Assembly (NCBI GenBank): GCA_031370785.1
Contig: JANMQY010000010.1
Span: forward strand, 1-23,188
From: Candidatus Eiseniibacteriota bacterium
GTDB lineage: Bacteria > Eisenbacteria > RBG-16-71-46
Direction of reading: 5' to 3'
DNA: 23,188 nt
Shown: piece after piece, positions 1 to 8,388 of the stretch
How positions within the stretch are numbered: position 1 is the stretch's first letter
How the letters are laid out: each line of letters opens with the position of its first letter
Translations under genes and position numbers: made by a program
Notes under the pieces: model-generated
What the model was told of the DNA's origin: nothing
The model's input: only the letters and a program-made list of their open reading frames with translations
The model's database searches: none

Positions 1-524
1 ATCAGCTGCAGGCGACCGTTCAGGGCCGGACCGGAGGCGGGTCCATGCAGCGACGTGGTCGCGGTGAGGCGCACCTTCTTGCCTGCGAACAGCTGAGCCA
101 CGCGTGAGTCGCCGTCCACCGTGACCCGCACGGTGTCGGTCACGCCCGGCTGGAACACTAGCGTCTGAAAGAATACCGGGGTCGTGCTCCTCGGATCGGT
201 CGCTTCGTCGCTGAGGTAGACGCGCAGCGTGTCCTCGCCGCTTCCAGTCGAGTCGACCGCCACCGTGGCCATCGAGATGGTCACCGCGTCGATCGTCACG
301 ACATCCCCGATGCCGGTGAGGAGATTGATGTGCTCATCGTCGATCAGCGCGATCTCTCCGCTCGAGAGTCCACCCGGAGCCGGCGGAATCGGACCGAAGG
401 CAACTCGAGTCTGTGAAGGCTGCATGTAGCTCAACACGTCCACCTTGAGGATCAGGCTGCGATCGCCGCAGCCGGCGAGCAGCGCCGCAAGCACTGTGCA
501 GAGAAGTATCCGATTGGTGCGCAC
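1..524 (-). CDS. Putative lipoprotein (3' end runs off the window); not in the ORF track
   Basis: Manual translation from GTG at 524: MRTNRILLCTVLAALLAG|CGDRSLILKVDVLSYMQPSQTRVAFGPIPPAPGG..., open to position 1. It has a basic N-terminus, a hydrophobic core and the lipobox LAGC. A GGAGG RBS at 529-533 abuts the TGA of the upstream gene. Confidence 0.85.
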   Translation of the reverse strand, partial: MRTNRILLCTVLAALLAGCGDRSLILKVDVLSYMQPSQTRVAFGPIPPAPGGLSSGEIALIDDEHINLLTGIGDVVTIDAVTISMATVAVDSTGSGEDTLRVYLSDEATDPRSTTPVFFQTLVFQPGVTDTVRVTVDGDSRVAQLFAGKKVRLTATTSLHGPASGPALNGRLQL

Positions 525-533
525 GTCGCCTCC

Positions 534-1871
534 TCAGTGGTAGAACGCGAGCCCGGCCCCAAGCTCCAGGGTGCGCTCGCGCGTCAGGTTGCGACTGTTG
601 GTGGCGAGGGCGACGTCCAGCCCGAAATGGCCGAAGCGAATTCCGGTGCCGCCTCCGAACTGCATCATCTGATTGGCGTCGACGCTTCCGCCGGCACGCA
701 GCGCGATATTGCGAAGCCAGATCTCGGCGCCGGCATGGCCCTCGGTGCTGTTGATGCCGCGAACGACGTCGCCCGCGAGCAGCACGGTTCCGAGACGCAG
801 CGCGACGTTGGCCACGACCGTGGTCGGCACGTCGCTGGTGAAGGGGGCGTCGGTGCGGATCACGTTCTGCACGTAGTTGCCGGACGCGCTGTCGGTGTAG
901 GCCAGGCTCTCGCGAACCTTCCAGTCGATGCGGGTCGCAACGTCATTGGCGCCGAGTCCCAGCTCGAGATTTCCCATCAGCCACACGGCGCCGAGGTCGA
1001 GCCCGCGTCCCCAGCCACCGCCGCTCAGGCCGGCATCCCGATAGTGGCCAGTGTAGCCGATGTCGACCGGATTGCTGCCGAACAGGGTGTCGCTGGTCGT
1101 AAAGGACGCCACGTTCTCCGCCTGGCCGTAGGCCAGCCCGCGGAGAATCTTGACCCGTGCGCCGGCGTAGACGCCCGAGCCTCCCGGTGCGCGCGGATCG
1201 CCCTTCTGCATGAGAGGAATCGCGGCGCCGAGGTGCAGAGCCGCCGCGGCCTGCGCCCGACCATCGTCGAACACCTGATACTGCGTGTTGGGTGTGAAAG
1301 CCTCACCGTCGCGCAGCGCGCGACGCAGCGCATCGTTCAGGCTCAGGTCGTTGTCGTATTCGACGAGTGGTGCGACCGCCACGAAGAACTGGCGAATGCC
1401 GAAGCCGATCGCTGGCCCGTTGATGCTGCTCCCGATTTTCGAATGATCCTTCGGAAACACATCGGCGATGTCGCCGAGGTCGACCGCCAGTCGGTTCTGC
1501 GCGACCTCGATTGTGATGTCGCTCGAAGGCGTCTTCGATCCGCCGAGCGTGATGTTCCAGGGCGGGTTGTAGAGCAGATTCGCCAGCTCATACACGTTGA
1601 AGGTCGAGTCGCTCGGGTCGAAGCTCGGCAGGTCCGCCAGAACCGGGATCAGCCCGATCGGGAGCGGGATGCCGGTGCGCCCTTCCTTCGCCTCGGGCAC
1701 TGCTCGATACGCCACGTTGGAAGCCGCGCCGCCCGGGCCGCCGCCCAGCAGTACGCCACCCATGGCCATGCGTCTTGCACTGAAGCTCTGTGCGTCCGCG
1801 GTCGTCGCCAGGCATGCGAGCAGCAATGCCCACATACCGATCGTAGTTGATCTCATGGGGTTGGAAGCCAT
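534..1871 (-). CDS. Putative outer-membrane beta-barrel protein (FadL/TraF/PorV-like superfamily)
   Basis: The signal peptide (…ALLLACLATTADA|Q) is followed by SARRMAMGG, a plug-type N-terminal motif. The C-terminal half has Gly/aromatic alternating beta-strands (GLDLGAVW, HAGAEIW, LRAGG, FGLDVAL) and ends LELGAGLAFYH. Alternative start ATG at 1856. Confidence 0.75.
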   Translation of the reverse strand: MASNPMRSTTIGMWALLLACLATTADAQSFSARRMAMGGVLLGGGPGGAASNVAYRAVPEAKEGRTGIPLPIGLIPVLADLPSFDPSDSTFNVYELANLLYNPPWNITLGGSKTPSSDITIEVAQNRLAVDLGDIADVFPKDHSKIGSSINGPAIGFGIRQFFVAVAPLVEYDNDLSLNDALRRALRDGEAFTPNTQYQVFDDGRAQAAAALHLGAAIPLMQKGDPRAPGGSGVYAGARVKILRGLAYGQAENVASFTTSDTLFGSNPVDIGYTGHYRDAGLSGGGWGRGLDLGAVWLMGNLELGLGANDVATRIDWKVRESLAYTDSASGNYVQNVIRTDAPFTSDVPTTVVANVALRLGTVLLAGDVVRGINSTEGHAGAEIWLRNIALRAGGSVDANQMMQFGGGTGIRFGHFGLDVALATNSRNLTRERTLELGAGLAFYH

Positions 1872-1964
1872 CCTCGAGTCCTGCGGGTGGGTCTGCCGAG
1901 CCCTGATGCCGCCCGCATGTCCGCAAGGACAGGGCCATCGTTCCAGCCCCGCGCCGCACGTCGC

Positions 1965-4715
1965 TCAGCGCAGGCGCATCAGCCGCCGAACCGCCGCTTC
2001 GCCGCCCGCTTCGAGCCGCGCCCAGTAGAGTCCCGCGGGCACGCGTCCGCCCGACTCGTCGCGTCCGTCCCAGGTCACATCGTGCGGACCGGCAGCCAGC
2101 GGCCCGTCGATGAGGCTGCGCACCCGGCGCCCCGAGACGTCGAGCAGCAGGAGACGAGTGCGCTCCGCGTGCGGGAGCGCGAAGCGAAGAACCGTGAGCG
2201 CGCTCGAGGGGTTCGGTCGCGGCGGTTCGAGCGCGAGCCGGGTCGAGACGAGCGGGCCCTCGACCGCGGCGCCATTCAGCGGCTCGAGGAACCGGGTGGT
2301 GAGGATCGCCATCACGTCGTTCCTCAGCTGCGCGTGGTCCCAGCGATACGGGCGTCCGGACAGGAACGCGAAGCGCCCGCCTTTCGGACGCCGGCCCGCG
2401 CCGCCCGCGGGGCTCCGCACCGCGCCGAGTCCGCGCGAGGGAACGAAGCCCGACCCGGTGCGGAACAACAGTTCGCTCTCGGGAGTGGTGCGCACCGTGT
2501 CGAAGATCGCGCACAGGTTCTGGGTCCCGATCCGCGCGATGCTGTTGAAGCCGGGGCGAGTGGCGATGCAATCCAGCAGCGTGGCGCCGGTGGAGGTCCA
2601 GTTCACGCCGAGGTAGGCGCGCAACGAATCGCCGAGGAACGAGTCGCCCATGCGCGTCATGAGCAGAAGATTCCCGCCCGCGCGCAGGTAGGACAGCATC
2701 GGCGAGTCCTGCCACGCGGCGAGGTCGCCGCCGAAATTGTTGCCCACCCACACCACATTGCGGTATTGCCCGAGCACTTCGGCAGGCACATCGCCGTGCC
2801 CGAGCGGCGCGGGAAGCGCCGCGGGATAGCCGCTCGCGGGCGCGCCGAAGTTGTCCCAGAAGTCGACCGGGTAATCCCCGGAGAACGCGCGGTCGGTGTA
2901 GGCCGTGGTGATCTCGGCTCCATACGTTGCCCAGTCCACGCCATTGACGAGCAGGAGGGAGCGCTCGAATGTCGGATTCGAGACCGCGGTCTCCATGGAC
3001 TTGAGGATCCAGTCGTCCTTGTCGATCTCCACGGCGGTCGGTTCGTCGGCGACGTGCAGGACGAATACCTGCGAGACCAGCGAATCGTCGGCGACAAACG
3101 TGGTCTGCCCGGACGCTGTCGAGATCGTGACGTCCACCGGCATATGGAAAAGCTGCCACGACTGGCGCTGATCGAGGGTCAGCGTGACGTCCCAGCCGCC
3201 CCCTGATGCCGGGGCGCTGGACCAGCCGGCACGGTAGATCGGGTAGTACTCGCCGTAGACCCACTGCTGGAAGAAGTCGTCGAGGTTGCGGCCGGAGACC
3301 GACTCGCACACGTCGCGGAAGTCTTCGGTCACCGCGCTCTGGTAGCCCCACTGGGTGTGATACGTGCGCAGGGTCTGGAAGAACGTGCTGTCGCCGAGCA
3401 CGTGCCGCAGCATGTGCAGCACCCACGAACCCTTGTTGTAGGAAAGGTTGGAGTCGAAGACACGACCTTCGTTGGTCGCGTCCGGAACCCAGACCGTGCC
3501 CGGGCCGAGGAAGCGGTTCAGATTGATGTCGGAATGATAGGCCGTCGCGCCGCCGTTCGCCTCGGCCCACAGCGCTTCGGCATAGGTGGCGAAGCCTTCG
3601 TTGAGCCAGATGTGGTGAAAGTCCCGGCAGGTCACCAGATCGCCCCACCACTGGTGCGCGAGCTCGTGTGCCACGATGAATTCGTTGTAGACCCCCAGGC
3701 TGGTGCAGGTCTGATGCTCCATCCCACCGCCAAACGTGAACTCAGCGTGACCGTATTTCTCGGCGAGGAACGGATATTCGCCGAAGCGCGCCGCGAACGC
3801 TGCGATCATGGTCTTCACCTTGGCCTGGGACGCGGTCGCGCCGGCGACGGACTCGGGCACGTTATGAAAGCGAATGAGCATCGAGTCGGTGGGCGAGTAG
3901 CGATACCAGTCGTCGCTGACCGCATACGGGTAGCTGGCGATCGACACCAGGTAGCTGGCGATCGGATAGCGCTCACGCCAGGTAGTGGTCTTCCAGCTGC
4001 CATTGACGACGGCTCCGACCAGCGTGCCGTTCGACGCGGTGGTGAGTCCGCTCGGCGCGGTGAAGTGGATGTCGACCGAATCCGCTTTGTCCTCGGGAGC
4101 GTCCTTGCACGGCCACCAGGTGCGCGCCCCGTACGCTTCGGAAAGGCTCCAGATGAGCTGCCGGCCGTTCACGACCTGGAATCCGAAATAGCCCGCGGCG
4201 GTGGGGACACCATGATAGGTGGTGCTGACATCCACCGTCTCGCCGTCGGCGTAGATGCGATCGAGGTTGAGCGTCAGGACGTTCGCCGCTCGCGTCCAGG
4301 TCGTGGCCGTCCCTCCCGAAGTCGCGGCATCCACGACGATGTTCGAATAGAGATCGAGGTCGAGCGTGGAGATGGGGCCCCCGACGACCGTCGCCCGCAT
4401 GCGCACCGTGCCCGAAACCGTGCTCGTTGCGGGCGTGAAGGTGAGGTTCAGGTCGTACCAGTGCACGTCGTACTGAAGCTGGTTCGCGGTGGCGGGATGC
4501 GCCGCAACCTGCTCCATCGCGAACCGGGCCGCCTTCCATGCGGCGAGGTAGGGAGCCACGTCCCGTTCGTCGCGGATTTCCTTCTGGCCGCCCGGCAGCG
4601 GCGGAAACAGCACGGGTCTGGCGATCGCGGGGGCGGAGGGAATGCTCGCAAGCGAGAAGAGCATCACCGCCAGGAATGCAGCGGACCGGCAGGTCGATCG
4701 GGCAGAACAGCTCAT
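1965..4715 (-). CDS. Secreted M1-family zinc aminopeptidase with an extra alpha/beta domain and a C-terminal FlgD-Ig/T9SS-type sorting domain
   Basis: Motifs are GGMEH (GXMEN variant), HELAHQWWG…WLNEGFATY (HEXXH-x18-E) and SYNKGSWVLHMLR. The C-terminus is PRPNPSS…LLDVSGRRVRSL…WDGRDESGGRVPAGLYWARL. Start set at ATG 4715 (AGGAG upstream, followed by a signal peptide) rather than 4805. Confidence 0.92.
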   Translation of the reverse strand: MSCSARSTCRSAAFLAVMLFSLASIPSAPAIARPVLFPPLPGGQKEIRDERDVAPYLAAWKAARFAMEQVAAHPATANQLQYDVHWYDLNLTFTPATSTVSGTVRMRATVVGGPISTLDLDLYSNIVVDAATSGGTATTWTRAANVLTLNLDRIYADGETVDVSTTYHGVPTAAGYFGFQVVNGRQLIWSLSEAYGARTWWPCKDAPEDKADSVDIHFTAPSGLTTASNGTLVGAVVNGSWKTTTWRERYPIASYLVSIASYPYAVSDDWYRYSPTDSMLIRFHNVPESVAGATASQAKVKTMIAAFAARFGEYPFLAEKYGHAEFTFGGGMEHQTCTSLGVYNEFIVAHELAHQWWGDLVTCRDFHHIWLNEGFATYAEALWAEANGGATAYHSDINLNRFLGPGTVWVPDATNEGRVFDSNLSYNKGSWVLHMLRHVLGDSTFFQTLRTYHTQWGYQSAVTEDFRDVCESVSGRNLDDFFQQWVYGEYYPIYRAGWSSAPASGGGWDVTLTLDQRQSWQLFHMPVDVTISTASGQTTFVADDSLVSQVFVLHVADEPTAVEIDKDDWILKSMETAVSNPTFERSLLLVNGVDWATYGAEITTAYTDRAFSGDYPVDFWDNFGAPASGYPAALPAPLGHGDVPAEVLGQYRNVVWVGNNFGGDLAAWQDSPMLSYLRAGGNLLLMTRMGDSFLGDSLRAYLGVNWTSTGATLLDCIATRPGFNSIARIGTQNLCAIFDTVRTTPESELLFRTGSGFVPSRGLGAVRSPAGGAGRRPKGGRFAFLSGRPYRWDHAQLRNDVMAILTTRFLEPLNGAAVEGPLVSTRLALEPPRPNPSSALTVLRFALPHAERTRLLLLDVSGRRVRSLIDGPLAAGPHDVTWDGRDESGGRVPAGLYWARLEAGGEAAVRRLMRLR

Positions 4716-4886
4716 CAAAGGTGGGCTCCTGAAGCAGGCTGGAAGGGAATGGCGTCCCTGATCCGGTCCCGAACCGGGACGAAATTCAGGCGGGAAGTCT
4801 AACACCGCGCGGGGGTGAAGTGGCGCCTCGCCGCAGGAGCTACCGGAGGAGCGACAGCGAGGACCCGGGCGGATCCCGAGCCAGCC

Positions 4887-5612
4887 TTACCGTGGGCGCT
4901 CGAAGATCAGCAGTCGGTTGATCGCCTGGCGTCGATAGACGCGATACTTGGGTCGGGAGCGAAGCAGGAGGGGCGATGGTCGGAGCGGGATCTGCCTTCG
5001 CAGCCTGAGACCCGCCCGATTGGCAGCCTGACGATAGTTTCGGAGTGGACGGATGATGTCGTACAGGATTCCGAACGGCCGCTCGATGCCGACCGCGATC
5101 GAACCATCCGCGAAGCGCTGACGCTGGATCGTGTAGTCGAAGCGCGAGCTGGTGTGATGGCGAAAATCTCCGACGATCGCATACAGGCGGCCGCCGGGCT
5201 CGAGCAGCTTCCGTATCAGGCGGAACCACCGCTCGATGTTTCGCGAGTGTTCCAATGCCATGACCACGACCGCGGTCTCGAACCGCTCGGCGATCCGGGC
5301 CCTTTCCAGCGTGGTCGGATATACCTTTACGCGCGGGAAGAATCGGCGGGAGATTCTAACGTTGCGACGCGACGGCTCGATCCCGATCACCCGCTCGGCA
5401 CCGAGCTGAAAGAGCAGGCGGGAGAGATGCCCGGTGCCCGATCCGATATCCAGCACGTTGCGACCATTCAGGCGCGGCAGGTAGCGCCGCAGGTAGTAGT
5501 GCATGTGCAGTCGCGTCGGTGAGTTTGCCAGCCCCTCTTCATCCCAGCGCACGCGCGGACGGTCGTACTGGCCGGGCTCGGTCGCCAGTTGCCTGAGTTT
5601 CGTGGGGGACAC
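4887..5612 (-). CDS. Class I SAM-dependent methyltransferase
   Basis: Motif I VLDIGSGTGH, acidic end of beta2 (VIGIEPS), and FETAV…ALEH and LLEPGGRL post-motifs. Confidence 0.85.
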   Translation of the reverse strand: MSPTKLRQLATEPGQYDRPRVRWDEEGLANSPTRLHMHYYLRRYLPRLNGRNVLDIGSGTGHLSRLLFQLGAERVIGIEPSRRNVRISRRFFPRVKVYPTTLERARIAERFETAVVVMALEHSRNIERWFRLIRKLLEPGGRLYAIVGDFRHHTSSRFDYTIQRQRFADGSIAVGIERPFGILYDIIRPLRNYRQAANRAGLRLRRQIPLRPSPLLLRSRPKYRVYRRQAINRLLIFERPR

Positions 5613-5638
5613 CGTCGGGTCGCCTGAACGGGCCGCGG

Positions 5639-6070
5639 TCAGTTCAGAGCGTCGATTTCGCGAAGCGTGTCTTCACATAGCCGATCGAGGTCCCCGCCGC
5701 CGGTAACGCAACGCTGGAGGGTTGGTCGCGCCGGCGAACCGATGATGACAGCGACCGTGCGGAAGAGCATGGGGCGCAGCATTCGCAGGGCGGGATCGTC
5801 CGTCAGATGCTCGTGTTGAAAGGTGAGCATTCGATCCAGCAGCGCGACCGGGAGATTGGGCCGCTCACTCTCCAGACGCTGGCCCAGAGCGCTCATCGCA
5901 CTTGCATCGTTTCCGCTGAATACGGCGAAGACATCCCCTTCGAGATCGGCTCGCGCCGGCCTCGCGCCCTGCGTCACCGAACCTGATGCCGATGTAGAGG
6001 TGGTCGAGACCTGGGAGGCCGCGCACGACGAGAGAACGATCAGAATCGAAAAGCCGATGATGAGCCGCAT
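5639..6070 (-). CDS. Hypothetical lipoprotein, helical (possibly HEAT-like)
   Basis: Start reassigned to ATG 6070 (AAGGGAG RBS). It reads MRLIIGFSILIVLSS|CAAS (lipobox LSSC), followed by a Ser/Thr linker and a predicted helical domain. Confidence 0.6.
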   Translation of the reverse strand: MRLIIGFSILIVLSSCAASQVSTTSTSASGSVTQGARPARADLEGDVFAVFSGNDASAMSALGQRLESERPNLPVALLDRMLTFQHEHLTDDPALRMLRPMLFRTVAVIIGSPARPTLQRCVTGGGDLDRLCEDTLREIDALN

Positions 6071-6140
6071 GCGGTCTCCCTTCACGACGAGGCGATGGAA
6101 CAGAACCCAGGACAGACTACCCCGATGACTCGGCCGCATT

Positions 6141-8231
6141 CTACTTCGCCTGTCGGCCGAGAGCGTCACGCGCCTGTTGGGCCGTCGCGGCATCGCCACG
6201 GGATTGGAACAGCTCGACCATGCGCTCCAGCGTCTGGCGATTCGCGGTCATGCCGACCGCCGGCCGCCACACCTCGGCCGCGCGATCCTGCTGCCCGGCG
6301 CCGAGCAGCACCCAGCCGAGCCGGATGCGCGTCTCCACGTTGCCGGGCTCGAGCGCAAACGCACGCTCGAAGGCGGCCAGGGCGCGGTTCCGGTCCCGCA
6401 GCCGGAGGCTCGCATCACCGGTGATCCTCCAGCCGAGAGGCTCAGACGGCCGATCGTGCACTACGATCGCAGCGTGGTCGAGAGCCTCGCGGTAGCGCTC
6501 TTCCCCAAGCGCCGCGATGGCGAGCGATAGATGTGCGCGCCACCTCCATTGAGGCGGCATCGCCGCGACAAACCGGGTCGACGACTGCGCGCGAGCCTGG
6601 TCGTCTGCGAGCCACGCGGGGGGTTCGCCGAATCCGGGACCGACCCGATAGAGCGCTGCCGGATGTCCGCCCACAAAGGCCTCTCGCTCGAGCCCCGGCA
6701 CCTCGGCCTCAGGGTCGAGCAGATACCAGAATGACGGGCGGTTGTTCGCCTCGATCCACGAGTAGTAGAGATACTCGACGCCGAGCCGGCGACAATCGTC
6801 GGCGAGCTCCGCGAGCCGGCTGGTCGCGGCCATGGGCCTGAAGCGGAGTCCCGAGTAGTAGGCGATGTGGGGCTTGATCGCCATGACGTCGTCGTCCGGA
6901 TGTGCGTGGGCACGCAGCGCCTTCGCAATCGGAATCACCTCGGTGGGCACCGTGTCGAGCGCGGCTCGCTGCACCGACCCGCTCGCGGCGATCGAAAGCG
7001 CGAACGCGAGCAGGGCCAGGAGTCGAGGCACTGCAGCAAGCCTCACGCGGGCGTCCCGTCCGAGCCACAGGCAGGTCGCCGCGATGCCGGCGAGGGAGAG
7101 ATAGAAAGGCGCCAGAGCCAGCGAGTAGCGTTCGGAGTAGAACGCTGGAATCAGCGCAAGATAGAGGAACGCCCACACGACCCAGAGCGGCGCCAGCTTT
7201 CGCCACGAACCATCGATCAGCGAGATGAGCAGGCCGGCGAGGCACAGTGCCGCCGCCGGCCATCCGAGCAGGAGCTTCGCATCTCCGTAGAGGTGGGAGA
7301 GCAGATTCGAACCTGCGCGACGAAGCACCGCGCCCGGGTCGCGGAGCGCGACGTCCAGCAGCGATTGAAACCCCGGCTGGAGCCGGGTCTGGTACTCCGC
7401 CCACGTGCTTCCGCGCGCCTTTGCGTAGATGTCGTAGGCGATGTCGTGGAACAGCATGGCGCCCGGCGGAGCGCCGGCTCGCAGTGCGATCGCGAGCCAC
7501 GGCACCGCCACGATCGCAAACCCCACCAGGTACAGCGCGAACGCGCGACGCCGGCTGTAGCTCGCGGCCTGGTCCAGCCACGCGTAGCAGAGCACGGTTC
7601 CCGGAAGCAGAGCGATCGCGTTGTAGCGGGTGAGCGCGGCGAGCGCCGAGAGAACGCCGGCCAGAAGCGGCGCCCGAGCGCCGCGCATCGCGAGCATCGC
7701 GTACAGTGCCGCCGCCTCCAGAAAGAAGGCGAGCATGTCGGTCGTGGCTGAATAGCCGTACCGAAAGAATGTCGGGTTGGCGGCGAGAAAGGCGGTGGTG
7801 ACGAGCGCGAGCAGTGGACCCGCGCGGCGCCGCAGGAGCCCGAACCAGAGAAGCAGTGCCCCGACCGCACTGCCGATCGAGATCGCTTCGGCGGCGGCGA
7901 ACAGATCCCGGCTCACGAATGCGACCAGCGCGAGCACGACCTCGTATCCCGGCCCGATCACGCCGTAGCGTGCCGGGTCGAGCCTGCCGTGCTGGATGAG
8001 GCGCGCGCCCTCCGCATAACCGCCGTAGAAGTCGCTCTCGGTGTAGTAGTCACCGATCCGGTGAGGACCGAGCGCGATCGCGAACAGCGCGACTCCGGTC
8101 GCGGCGGCCAGCGCCCACGCGGCCGGGCCAACCCATTGCGGCGCATCGAAGCTCGGAGAATCGCCTTCGATCCCGGGCTGGGGCGTGGTCGCCTTTGCGG
8201 ATCGAGCCTTGCCGCTCACCGTCGCTCTCAT
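6141..8231 (-). CDS. GT-C fold glycosyltransferase (PMT_2/ArnT, GT39/83-like) with C-terminal TPR repeats
   Basis: About 11-13 hydrophobic segments, an acidic first loop (YYTESDFY), and ATTDML, ALAALTRY and SERYSL motifs. The C-terminus has TPR-like repeats (ALAAFERAFALEPGNVETRIRLGWVLL). Confidence 0.82.
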   Translation of the reverse strand: MRATVSGKARSAKATTPQPGIEGDSPSFDAPQWVGPAAWALAAATGVALFAIALGPHRIGDYYTESDFYGGYAEGARLIQHGRLDPARYGVIGPGYEVVLALVAFVSRDLFAAAEAISIGSAVGALLLWFGLLRRRAGPLLALVTTAFLAANPTFFRYGYSATTDMLAFFLEAAALYAMLAMRGARAPLLAGVLSALAALTRYNAIALLPGTVLCYAWLDQAASYSRRRAFALYLVGFAIVAVPWLAIALRAGAPPGAMLFHDIAYDIYAKARGSTWAEYQTRLQPGFQSLLDVALRDPGAVLRRAGSNLLSHLYGDAKLLLGWPAAALCLAGLLISLIDGSWRKLAPLWVVWAFLYLALIPAFYSERYSLALAPFYLSLAGIAATCLWLGRDARVRLAAVPRLLALLAFALSIAASGSVQRAALDTVPTEVIPIAKALRAHAHPDDDVMAIKPHIAYYSGLRFRPMAATSRLAELADDCRRLGVEYLYYSWIEANNRPSFWYLLDPEAEVPGLEREAFVGGHPAALYRVGPGFGEPPAWLADDQARAQSSTRFVAAMPPQWRWRAHLSLAIAALGEERYREALDHAAIVVHDRPSEPLGWRITGDASLRLRDRNRALAAFERAFALEPGNVETRIRLGWVLLGAGQQDRAAEVWRPAVGMTANRQTLERMVELFQSRGDAATAQQARDALGRQAK

Positions 8232-8388
8232 GCCAGGAAGGTCACGTGTTCACGCATTCCGGTCAACCGGGTTCGCATGGTGCTGGCGCGCTTCACGCGT
8301 CGTGCTAGGGTGCCAGTGCATTCGATTGCCGAGAAACCCATCGCGTACGAAGCCGACCTGAGCCCTATCGACCCGGGGAGAATCCGCC

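Noticed and set aside
537..4802. Long alternative-frame or antisense ORFs (537-1850 +, 1588-3651 -, 1887-3206 +, 3357-4802 +)
   Set aside because: They are shadow ORFs of well-supported genes in high-GC DNA, are Arg/Gly/Ala-rich and carry no motifs.
4815..5522. 235-aa + strand ORF
   Set aside because: It is antisense to the methyltransferase, which has clear SAM-binding motifs.
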